Shown here: positions 56,350 through 64,000 of the stretch, piece by piece
Layout of the letters: every line of letters starts with the position of its first letter
Position numbering within the stretch: the first letter of the stretch is position 1
Assembly (NCBI GenBank): GCA_037446395.1
Contig: JBBIIP010000008.1
Location: 7,246 to 71,245 of the forward strand
Source: Lentimicrobiaceae bacterium
GTDB lineage: Bacteria > Bacteroidota > Bacteroidia > Bacteroidales > JAAYJT01
Direction: 5' to 3'
DNA: 64,000 bases
Position numbers and translations under genes: made by a program
Notes under the pieces: generated by a model
What the model saw: the letters and a program-made list of their open reading frames with translations, nothing else
What the model was told of the DNA's origin: nothing
Database searches by the model: none

Positions 56350-58182
56350 ATGAGAAAATATAGTTTCTTTCAAATTATTCTGGGTTTTGTTTTTTCGGTG
56401 CTGTTTGTTTCAATCTGCGCCCAAGTGCCGATTGACAAGCAACAAATGGCCATGGAGTATTTTCGGAACCGTGAGTATTCGAAAGCACTGCCTCTGTTTG
56501 AAGAATTGCATCAGCAGAATCCATCACAAACCACTTACTACTATTACACAACCTGCCTGCTCGAAACCAAAGACTTCAGAAAAGCTGAAAGAGCTGTTAA
56601 ACAACAAATCAAAGCCGATCCAACCACAAACCGCTATCAGGTTGATTTGGGTTTTGTATATATCAGCAGCGGCGACCTGGTGAAAGGAAAGAAAGAATAT
56701 GAAGACGTGATTCGCACTTTGCCTGCTGACCGGCGCCTGATCAACGAAGCTGCCAATGCATTCCTGATACGGCGTGAGGATGATTATACAATCAGGGTAT
56801 ATGAGCGGGGAAAAGCCCTGCTGGCAAACAGCTATCAGTTTCACATGGAATTGGGGGATTTGTATGAGCGTACCGGTAAATTTGAAGCATCCATAAGAGA
56901 ATATCTCAGCCTGCTCGAAACCGATGCCGCTAGCATGAACTTCATTCAGGCCCGCCTTCAAAATTCGCTTCTTAACGATCCGGACAACATCAAATCAGAC
57001 CTTTTGCGCGCAGCGATCCTTCGCCGGATCAGACAATCGCCCGATGTGTTGGTTTACTCAGAAATGATGCTTTGGTTTTCGATTCAAAGGCAGGATTTTG
57101 AAGGGGCTCTCAACCAGGCTATGGCCCTCGACAGGCGACTGAACGAGAGCGGAAATCGAGTCTATTCTATCGCACAGCTCAGTATTGCAAGCCAGCAATT
57201 TGAAACTGCAATCAAAGCCTATAAATATTTGATTGATAAAGGAGAGGGGGGGCAATTCTATCTTTCAAGCCGTGTAGAAATATTAAACACAGAGTATCAG
57301 CTTTTGAAAAAAAGGCCAACGGCCAGCCGGGACGAATACAAAGCGCTGGAAAATAATTACAAAGCCACCCTTAATGAACTTGGGCGCAGCAGGCTTACTA
57401 TTCAACTAATTCGGAATCTTGCAAATTTATATGCGTTTGTAATGTTTGATTCTGAGCGTGCCATTGCGCTTCTTACCGAAACCCTTTCCATGCCCGGAAT
57501 CAATCAACGCGACCAGGCAGAGTGTAAACTCGAACTGGCAGATATTTTTCTTTATTCGGGCGAGGTGTGGGAATCAACATTATTGTTTTCTCAGATAGAG
57601 AAAGCTTTTCCAAATGAGCCAATCGGTCATGAAGCCAAGTTTCGTAATGCACGGCTGTCTTATTTCATCGGAGAATTTGCCTGGGCAAGAGCGCAACTTG
57701 ATGTGTTGAAGGCTGCCACTTCCAAACTTATTGCGAATGATGCACTGGCCTTATCGCTACTCATCAAAGACAATATGGATCAGGATAGCACCTATACAGC
57801 CCTGGCATATTATTCACGAGCTGAGCTCAACAGCTTTCGAAACCGAAACGACCTGGCACTGATGACACTTGACAGTATCCTTTCAATATTTCCTTATCAC
57901 AGCATTCACGACGATGTTCTGATGAAGAAAGCAGAAATTTTATTCAGCCAGTCAAGATTCACCGATGCGGTGGCATTGCTCCAGAAAATCATAGATAATT
58001 TTGCATTTGACCTCCTTGCCGACAAAGCCATGTTCCGATTGGGCGAAACCTACCAATATTATCTTAACGACCGCGATAAGGCGATGCATTTTTATAAGGA
58101 ACTTATGCTGCAATTTCCTGGCAGCCTGTATGTTGCCCCGGCTCGTGAGCGTTTCCGGGTTCTCAGGGGTGATGCTGTTTGA
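56350..58182 (+). CDS. secreted TPR-repeat protein
   Basis: 610 aa with signal peptide VSICA|Q and TPR-like repeats throughout. Starts 3 nt after the serS stop. Confidence 0.8.
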   Translation: MRKYSFFQIILGFVFSVLFVSICAQVPIDKQQMAMEYFRNREYSKALPLFEELHQQNPSQTTYYYYTTCLLETKDFRKAERAVKQQIKADPTTNRYQVDLGFVYISSGDLVKGKKEYEDVIRTLPADRRLINEAANAFLIRREDDYTIRVYERGKALLANSYQFHMELGDLYERTGKFEASIREYLSLLETDAASMNFIQARLQNSLLNDPDNIKSDLLRAAILRRIRQSPDVLVYSEMMLWFSIQRQDFEGALNQAMALDRRLNESGNRVYSIAQLSIASQQFETAIKAYKYLIDKGEGGQFYLSSRVEILNTEYQLLKKRPTASRDEYKALENNYKATLNELGRSRLTIQLIRNLANLYAFVMFDSERAIALLTETLSMPGINQRDQAECKLELADIFLYSGEVWESTLLFSQIEKAFPNEPIGHEAKFRNARLSYFIGEFAWARAQLDVLKAATSKLIANDALALSLLIKDNMDQDSTYTALAYYSRAELNSFRNRNDLALMTLDSILSIFPYHSIHDDVLMKKAEILFSQSRFTDAVALLQKIIDNFAFDLLADKAMFRLGETYQYYLNDRDKAMHFYKELMLQFPGSLYVAPARERFRVLRGDAV

Positions 58183-58202
58183 AATGAGTAACATAACAAT
58201 TC

Positions 58203-58991
58203 ATGGTTCAGGTCAGGCCTAAAAAACATCTTGGTCAACATTTTCTGCACGACCAGGACATCGCTCGCAAAATCGTGGGCAGCCTAAGCGGGAGATTTGA
58301 AAACGTGCTCGAAATTGGGCCAGGGACCGGTGTTTTGACCCGTTATCTTATGGAAACCAATTCCTTGAACGTCAAGGCATGCGAAATTGACTCTGAATCT
58401 GTCAGTTTTCTTCGGACTGCATATCCCCAGTTTCAGGATAGACTCATTGAGGGGGATTTCTTGAAATTGAATCCAGAGAATATTTTTACAACGCCTTTTG
58501 CAGTAATCGGAAATCTTCCTTACAACATTTCAAGCCAGATTTTCTTTAAAATATTGGAGTCGAAAAACATAATCCCTGAAGTGGTTGCCATGGTTCAGAA
58601 AGAAGTAGCTGAGCGGATTGCCGCTCAACCGGGGAGCAAAACCTATGGCATACTCAGTGTGCTGCTTCAGGCCTGGTACGACATTGAATACTTGTTCACT
58701 GTAAACAAGGAAGTGTTTACACCACCGCCAAAGATACAATCAGGGGTAATCAGGCTCATCCGAAACACTAAACAATCGCTTGGTTGCGATGAAAGGCAGT
58801 TTACCGTGTTAGTGAAAACCGCTTTTAATCAGCGCAGGAAAACCCTGAGGAATGCGTTAGCCTCGCTGATCGCCGAACGAAATTTTTCCGGTTTACCTTA
58901 TCTGGATAAGCGGGCTGAACAGTTGGGAGTGCGTGAGTTTGTTCAACTAACGCTTGGGATTCAGGATGGTTCTATTGATTATCGTACCTGA
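58203..58991 (+). CDS. rsmA: 16S rRNA (adenine1518/1519-N6)-dimethyltransferase
   Basis: 262 aa with HFLHDQ, SAM-binding LEIGPGTGVLT, and GNLPYNIS. Confidence 0.95.
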   Translation: MVQVRPKKHLGQHFLHDQDIARKIVGSLSGRFENVLEIGPGTGVLTRYLMETNSLNVKACEIDSESVSFLRTAYPQFQDRLIEGDFLKLNPENIFTTPFAVIGNLPYNISSQIFFKILESKNIIPEVVAMVQKEVAERIAAQPGSKTYGILSVLLQAWYDIEYLFTVNKEVFTPPPKIQSGVIRLIRNTKQSLGCDERQFTVLVKTAFNQRRKTLRNALASLIAERNFSGLPYLDKRAEQLGVREFVQLTLGIQDGSIDYRT

Positions 58992-59463
58992 GCACCTCGT
59001 CGTTCACAAAATCGAGTTGAATGCCAGCATGGGCGAACATTTCATGCGATTCTGAAGAGGAATGGTAGTGATATTCGCAAACTACACGTTTTATTCCGCA
59101 ATTGATGATGAGCATTGAACAGGTTCTGCAAGGTGTCATGCGGCAATATAAGGTTGCTCCTTCGAGTGAGATGCCCAACCTGGCAGCCTGGCAAATTGCA
59201 TTTTGTTCGGCATGAACTGTACGAACACAGTGCTGGGTAGTGCTGCCATCTTCATGCGTAGTGCTTTTGAACAGGTGGCCGATATCGTCGCAGTGAGGAA
59301 GGCCGATCGGTGAACCGACATATCCGGTTACCAGTATCTGTTTGTTGCGTGCAATCACACAACCGCTGCGGCCACGATCGCAAGTGGCGCGTTTGGCAAT
59401 GGTGTTGGCAACTTCCATAAAGTATTCATCCCATGTGGGACGGATGTATTCTTTTGTGCTCAT
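58972..59463 (-). CDS. dCMP (deoxycytidylate) deaminase
   Basis: 163 aa with zinc motifs HAEQNA and TPCRTC. The start codon overlaps the stop of the upstream kinase-like gene (ATGA). The 3' end overlaps the rsmA 3' end by 20 nt. Confidence 0.92.
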   Translation of the reverse strand: MSTKEYIRPTWDEYFMEVANTIAKRATCDRGRSGCVIARNKQILVTGYVGSPIGLPHCDDIGHLFKSTTHEDGSTTQHCVRTVHAEQNAICQAARLGISLEGATLYCRMTPCRTCSMLIINCGIKRVVCEYHYHSSSESHEMFAHAGIQLDFVNDEVLRYDNQ

Positions 59464-60026
59464 TTGGTTTGTTTCAATATTTGATCAAGCGTTGTTTCAA
59501 CTTGTTGCTGCAGTGCGCCAATGGTGTCATTATTATAGAATATTACATCAGCAACCTCAATGCACTTACGGAGGTTCTGTTTATTTGGATTATCCGTATC
59601 CATTTCGCGTGCTTCGTTTTGCAGAAACGTAGAATAGTCAACCTGGTCAGTTTCAGAATTTCTGGATATTATTCTTTGATATCGAATTTCAGGCTTGGCG
59701 TCAACGGCAAAAAGAAAGAAATTTCTTTTTCTTCTTAATGAATCCACTTCACCGGGCGCACGAATGCTTTCGATGACACAGCTTCTTCCGGTTTCGATTG
59801 CCTGGTCATAGAGTTTGTCTATGATGAAAGAGGGAGAATGTTTTTCGCGCAAATCATTGCCCACAACCATCATGCTATCCCTATTTACAGGCATGCCTCT
59901 TTTTTCTATTTCTTGTATCAGATATTTGCGAACTGAAAAATGGGCAAACCCTTTTTCTCTGACGAGGTAGTTCACCACAGTGCCTTTGCCTGCGCCTAAA
60001 GTTCCGGTGATTCCGATGATTATCAT
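59460..60026 (-). CDS. small P-loop nucleotide-kinase-like protein (UPF0200 / dephospho-CoA-kinase-like)
   Basis: 188 aa with Walker A GITGTLGAGKGT at the N-terminus. Overall pattern (GF..S....L..E...RG, ..IESIR.P.E, ..R...R) recalls small archaeal-type UPF0200 kinases. Substrate unknown. Confidence 0.7.
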   Translation of the reverse strand: MIIIGITGTLGAGKGTVVNYLVREKGFAHFSVRKYLIQEIEKRGMPVNRDSMMVVGNDLREKHSPSFIIDKLYDQAIETGRSCVIESIRAPGEVDSLRRKRNFFLFAVDAKPEIRYQRIISRNSETDQVDYSTFLQNEAREMDTDNPNKQNLRKCIEVADVIFYNNDTIGALQQQVETTLDQILKQTK

Positions 60027-60650
60027 CTATAATAATTTTTTGGTTGCTGTTTTCAGGTCATCAACCCATTTGCTTGGAGGCCGTTGTGGGGTATAGTTCA
60101 TGATCCGTTCCAACAGGCGTAATGGGTCATCATCAACCACAAGGTTGCGATGGTGCTCCGGTCGCACAAAATATTCTTCAACCGTGTGATCAAGAAATTT
60201 GAGCAGGTGATCGTAATACCCTTCCACGTTGAACAATGCTGCTGGCTTGCTAATAATATCGAGTTGATTCCACGACATGATCTCAAAAATCTCATCCAGT
60301 GTACCTATTCCACCTGGCATTGCAATGAATGCGTCAGACATGGAAGCCATCATTGCTTTGCGTTCGTGCATTGTATCAACAAGGTGAAAATCATGAAGCC
60401 CTTCGTGTGCTATCTCTTTATTTGCCAGTCCATTAGGCATTACACCCGTTACTTTAGCCCCAAGTTCCAGTACGGTATCGGCTAAAATTCGCATCAATCC
60501 TATATTACTGCCTCCATAAACCAGATCACATCCTGCAGTGGCAATAGCCTTACCGAGTTCGCGGGCATGTTGGGCATATGTTTCGCCCCTGCCGATACTG
60601 CTGCCGCAAAAAACACAGATGGTTTGTATCTCTTTGTTCGTATTTTTCAT
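60027..60650 (-). CDS. LOG family (TIGR00730) nucleotide 5'-monophosphate nucleosidase-like protein
   Basis: 207 aa with GGSNIGLMR and PGGIGTLDE motifs. The stop abuts the kinase-like start with 0-nt spacing. Confidence 0.9.
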   Translation of the reverse strand: MKNTNKEIQTICVFCGSSIGRGETYAQHARELGKAIATAGCDLVYGGSNIGLMRILADTVLELGAKVTGVMPNGLANKEIAHEGLHDFHLVDTMHERKAMMASMSDAFIAMPGGIGTLDEIFEIMSWNQLDIISKPAALFNVEGYYDHLLKFLDHTVEEYFVRPEHHRNLVVDDDPLRLLERIMNYTPQRPPSKWVDDLKTATKKLL

Positions 60651-60707
60651 TTGTAATGGAAGTTTGAATATAGAACTCCCTGGTCTAAATATTCTGTTAT
60701 TCGAATG

Positions 60708-61439
60708 TTAAATAATAATTCTTTGTTCAAGGATTTCCATCCCAAAAACATCTGAAATATGTTTTTTCAGTGTCTTCTTCACATTATCAATATCTTGTTC
60801 TGCGCCCAACTCTTTCTGCATCGAAGTGACGGCTTTATCGCTAAAACCACAGGGGTTGATATGATTAAAATAGTCAAGGTCGGTGTTCACATTCAGGGCA
60901 AAACCATGCATGCTTACCCAGCGGCTGGTGCGAACGCCTATGGCGCATATTTTTCTGGCCCTTCGGGTCTCAATATCTAACCAAACACCTGTAGCGCCTT
61001 CGAGCCGGGTTGCTTCAATACTATAATCGTTCAGCATTTTAATTATTGATTCTTCGATTTTAAAAATATACTCTTTTACTCCGGTCACAAAATACTCGAG
61101 ATTGATTATTGGATAGCCCACAATTTGTCCAGGTCCATGAAAAGTGATATCTCCACCTCGGTTAGTACGGAAAAACTCAACATTTCTTGCTTTGAGCTGC
61201 AGGTTGTCAATGAGCAGGTTTTGCGCAGAACCACTTCTGCCTAGTGTGTAAACAGCATGATGTTCACAAAAAAGTAAATGATTTGGCGTAATTAGCTGTT
61301 GATCACTTCCATAATCAATTTGTTTCTTGAGGGCAATAATATCACCAAACAGTTTTTCCTGAAGGTCCCAGGCCTCCTTGTAGGCGATTTTCCCAAGATC
61401 CTGAAAATAAACTCTTTTTGCTGCAGCTTGATTATTCAT
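60708..61439 (-). CDS. lipB: lipoyl(octanoyl) transferase
   Basis: 243 aa with RGGDITFHGPGQ and KICAIGV. Confidence 0.95.
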   Translation of the reverse strand: MNNQAAAKRVYFQDLGKIAYKEAWDLQEKLFGDIIALKKQIDYGSDQQLITPNHLLFCEHHAVYTLGRSGSAQNLLIDNLQLKARNVEFFRTNRGGDITFHGPGQIVGYPIINLEYFVTGVKEYIFKIEESIIKMLNDYSIEATRLEGATGVWLDIETRRARKICAIGVRTSRWVSMHGFALNVNTDLDYFNHINPCGFSDKAVTSMQKELGAEQDIDNVKKTLKKHISDVFGMEILEQRIII

Positions 61440-62300
61440 TCAAACATGTTTTTCTGCATGATACGATGAGCGCACCAGCGGGCTGCTTTCCACAAATCGA
61501 AATCCCCTTTTTAGCCCTTCGCTGCGGTATTGCTCGAAAACCTCCGGATGAATGTACTCAATAACCGGAAGATGCTGCAGAGTGGGTTGCAGATACTGGC
61601 CGATTGTCATTATATTGCACCCGACCGCCACAAGGTCGTCCATGGTTTGCAACACCTCTTGGAAAGTTTCGCCGAGTCCCACCATTATTCCCGATTTGGA
61701 GGCAAGGCCGGCACCGGCAATGTGGCTTAAAACATTCAGGCTCCGATCATAGCTGGCAGCACTGCGAACCACTGGGGTCAGGCGGCGCACTGTTTCGAGG
61801 TTATGAGCGGCAATGTCTGGCTTTTGTTCAAGCACCCGGCCAAGATACTCAAAGTTTCCCATGAAGTCTGGAAGTAAGACTTCGATGGTTGTCTGAGGAT
61901 TTTCTTGCCGGATCTCCCTGATGGTTTCAGCCCACACTGCAGCCCCCCCATCGGGCAGGTCGTCCCGATCAACTGATGTTATGACACAATGTTTCAATTT
62001 CATCACCTTCACTGATTCGGCAACCCTTTGAGGTTCGTTGATTTCTACGTCGAGCGGCTTGCCAGTTTTGGTTGCACAAAACCGGCAGGAACGGGTACAT
62101 ATATCACCCAGAATCATGAAAGTAGCCGTGCCTGCACCCCAGCACTCGCCAAGGTTTGGACAATTGCCACTGCTACAGATCGTATGAAGCTTGTGCGAAG
62201 CAACAATTTTTTTAACTTCACGATAGCGTTCTCCCCCCGGGAGTTTAATTTTCAACCAGGAAGGTTTACGATTGTTTAAAGGATGAAGGTTATCCGACAT
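61440..62300 (-). CDS. lipA: lipoyl synthase
   Basis: 286 aa with radical-SAM CTRSCRFC and an auxiliary cluster CSSGNCPNLGEC. Abuts lipB. Confidence 0.97.
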   Translation of the reverse strand: MSDNLHPLNNRKPSWLKIKLPGGERYREVKKIVASHKLHTICSSGNCPNLGECWGAGTATFMILGDICTRSCRFCATKTGKPLDVEINEPQRVAESVKVMKLKHCVITSVDRDDLPDGGAAVWAETIREIRQENPQTTIEVLLPDFMGNFEYLGRVLEQKPDIAAHNLETVRRLTPVVRSAASYDRSLNVLSHIAGAGLASKSGIMVGLGETFQEVLQTMDDLVAVGCNIMTIGQYLQPTLQHLPVIEYIHPEVFEQYRSEGLKRGFRFVESSPLVRSSYHAEKHV

Positions 62301-62331
62301 GAAACAAGAGTGCGAGTCTAAAAACTAATTG

Positions 62332-62339
62332 CAAAAGTA
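62332..62339 (-). promoter_or_regulatory. -7 box (minus strand) upstream of lipA
   Basis: CAAAAGTA on the plus strand equals TACTTTTG on the minus strand, ~32 nt upstream of the lipA ATG. Confidence 0.45.
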
Positions 62340-62457
62340 TAGGTTTTTTAGGTGTGAGCTAAGCGAAGTGCCTCATGCGTCTTTACTTCTGAAATGAAAA
62401 ACAGTTGATACGGATCGGTCTTTTTCAATTATTTTAGCCTTCGCAAAAATCAATATT

Positions 62458-63438
62458 ATGAACAAACTCTATCCGCTTAAATTTAGGCCTGTTTTTAAGG
62501 AAAAAGTATGGGGTGGCAGCCAGCTCAGAACACAACTGGGGCTAGATTTTTCGCCATTACCCAACTGCGGAGAGGCATGGATGCTCTCAGGGGTCGCCAA
62601 CAACGAAACTGCGGTTTCTGACGGTTGGCTGGCTGGCAATGATTTGAATGAGCTTGTCGAAATATACATGGATGAGTTGGTTGGAGAGAAATCTTATGAT
62701 GAGTTTGGAGATCGGTTTCCGTTACTCATAAAATTGATTGACTCAAACGATTGGCTTTCGGTACAGGTTCACCCGGACGATGACTATGCAAAGAAAAATG
62801 GGATGGATTCAGGCAAGACCGAAATGTGGTATGTGTTGCATGCAAACGACGGCTCTGAATTAATAGCCGGCTTTAACAAGCGAATAAATAAAGATTTATT
62901 TCTCAGGCACATACATGAAAAAAGCCTTAAAGACATTTTAAATTTTGAGAAAGTTTCTGCATGCGATGTTTTCTTTATGCCTGCCAAACGTCTTCATGCA
63001 CTGGGCCCCGGTATTTTGTTGGTCGAAATTCAGCAAACATCTGACCACACCTTTCGAATATATGACTGGGACCGGGTGAATGCTTCCGGGAAATCGCGTA
63101 CCTTGCATTTGCAACAAGCACTGGAGGTTGTTGATTTTGAAGCCTGCACAGACAGTCGAATCAAATATGAAATCCAGGAAAACAGGACAGTGCCGCTGGT
63201 TTCATGTCTGCATTTCACCACCAACTTATTGCAGGTTAGCAGGCCCTTGTCAAGGAATTATAGTGAATTAGATTCATTTGTGGTATTTTTTTGCTCAGCA
63301 GGAATGGCTGATATCCGAACCGGCCAGGACATAGAAAAGCTAAAAGCCGGAGAATGCATTCTGATTCCGGCTTGCATTGACACTGTGGATATTCTCCCGG
63401 TCGGCAATGTATCCCTGCTCGAAACTTATATCCAATAG
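62458..63438 (+). CDS. manA: class I (cupin-type) mannose-6-phosphate isomerase
   Basis: 326 aa with FKEKVWGG, SVQVHPDD and KTEMWYVL. Confidence 0.9.
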   Translation: MNKLYPLKFRPVFKEKVWGGSQLRTQLGLDFSPLPNCGEAWMLSGVANNETAVSDGWLAGNDLNELVEIYMDELVGEKSYDEFGDRFPLLIKLIDSNDWLSVQVHPDDDYAKKNGMDSGKTEMWYVLHANDGSELIAGFNKRINKDLFLRHIHEKSLKDILNFEKVSACDVFFMPAKRLHALGPGILLVEIQQTSDHTFRIYDWDRVNASGKSRTLHLQQALEVVDFEACTDSRIKYEIQENRTVPLVSCLHFTTNLLQVSRPLSRNYSELDSFVVFFCSAGMADIRTGQDIEKLKAGECILIPACIDTVDILPVGNVSLLETYIQ

Positions 63439-63628
63439 TAACTATGTTCTTTTATGAGAAATGGCATCTACCTGTTGGGGATTAACAGAGTGGGCGCGCT
63501 TTTGAAATTTGGCATAAAAATCAAATGATGGGCGCTCTCAAAACAGGCTTAAAAAAACTTTATCACAATTTAACAACGGTTTTTAGAGCCATATTGTTCT
63601 AATCATATTGATCAGATAAAGTATTTGC

Positions 63629-63636
63629 TACTTTTG
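63629..63636 (+). promoter_or_regulatory. -7 box upstream of the TlpA-like gene
   Basis: TACTTTTG inside CTACTTTTGCC, ~37 nt upstream of the ATG at 63673. Confidence 0.45.
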
Positions 63637-63672
63637 CCACGAAAATTAAAACAATTAGAACAATAGCGCCCC

Positions 63673-64000
63673 ATGAAGCAAAGGATGATGATCGTATTTC
63701 TGATTTTTCAGGGAGTTTTTGTTTTTTCTCAAGGAACAGAAGACATCAGATCAGATATTCCAGCTGTTTTTCTAAAAACACTCGATGGAAAAACATTTAA
63801 TACCGCTCAAATCGAAAACAAAGGCAATCCAGTGATTATCAGTTTTTTCGCTTTGTGGTGTACTCCCTGTCTGCGCGAACTTTCAGCAATTTCGGAGGTC
63901 TACGAAGACTGGGTAGATGAAACAGGAGTAAAGGTAATTGCTGTTTCGATTGATGATGCCCGGAGTTCAGCGCGGGTGCTGCCGACAGTGCGGGGAAGGG
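63673..64000 (+). CDS. TlpA/thioredoxin-fold periplasmic protein (3'-truncated by window end)
   Basis: Translated by hand and absent from the ORF track because there is no stop codon: MKQRMMIVFLIFQGVFVFS|QGTED...VIISFFALWCTPCLRE... TACTTTTG -7 box at 63629-63636. Confidence 0.8.
   Translation, partial: MKQRMMIVFLIFQGVFVFSQGTEDIRSDIPAVFLKTLDGKTFNTAQIENKGNPVIISFFALWCTPCLRELSAISEVYEDWVDETGVKVIAVSIDDARSSARVLPTVRGR

Overview
This is a 64-kb chromosomal segment of a Bacteroidota-type genome. That assignment rests on type A and type B T9SS C-terminal sorting domains, TAnnTTTG -7 promoter boxes, Gln at +1 of most signal peptides, and a GYDIA-type GHMP kinase. I call 49 protein-coding genes, the last truncated by the window edge. 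I found no tRNA, rRNA, CRISPR array, transposase or integrase. Most of the content is core housekeeping: polA-ssb, PIN-PhoH, gap, a sigma-54 activator-lptE-secG-groES-groEL cluster, a four-gene mevalonate operon, adenine deaminase, guaB followed by three periplasmic PPIase/chaperone genes and an orphan MoxR ATPase, rplU-rpmA, serS, rsmA, lipA-lipB-LOG-kinase-dCMP deaminase, and manA. The only clearly accessory stretch is about 39.1-51.1 kb. It holds a type-B-CTD T9SS cargo protein, a small CarboxypepD_reg-like protein, and a 3179-aa mosaic T9SS (type A CTD) surface protein preceded by a 690-bp AT-rich non-coding leader. The giant protein contains a duplicated ~260-aa module that I cannot assign to a named family. 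I did not find a convincing self-contained novel system such as a defence island. The best follow-up candidates are the giant cargo protein with its unknown duplicated module, the translationally coupled LOG / small P-loop kinase / dCMP deaminase trio, and the mevalonate operon with a GYDIA-type kinase. Coordinates of small motifs were counted by hand and may be off by 1-2 nt.
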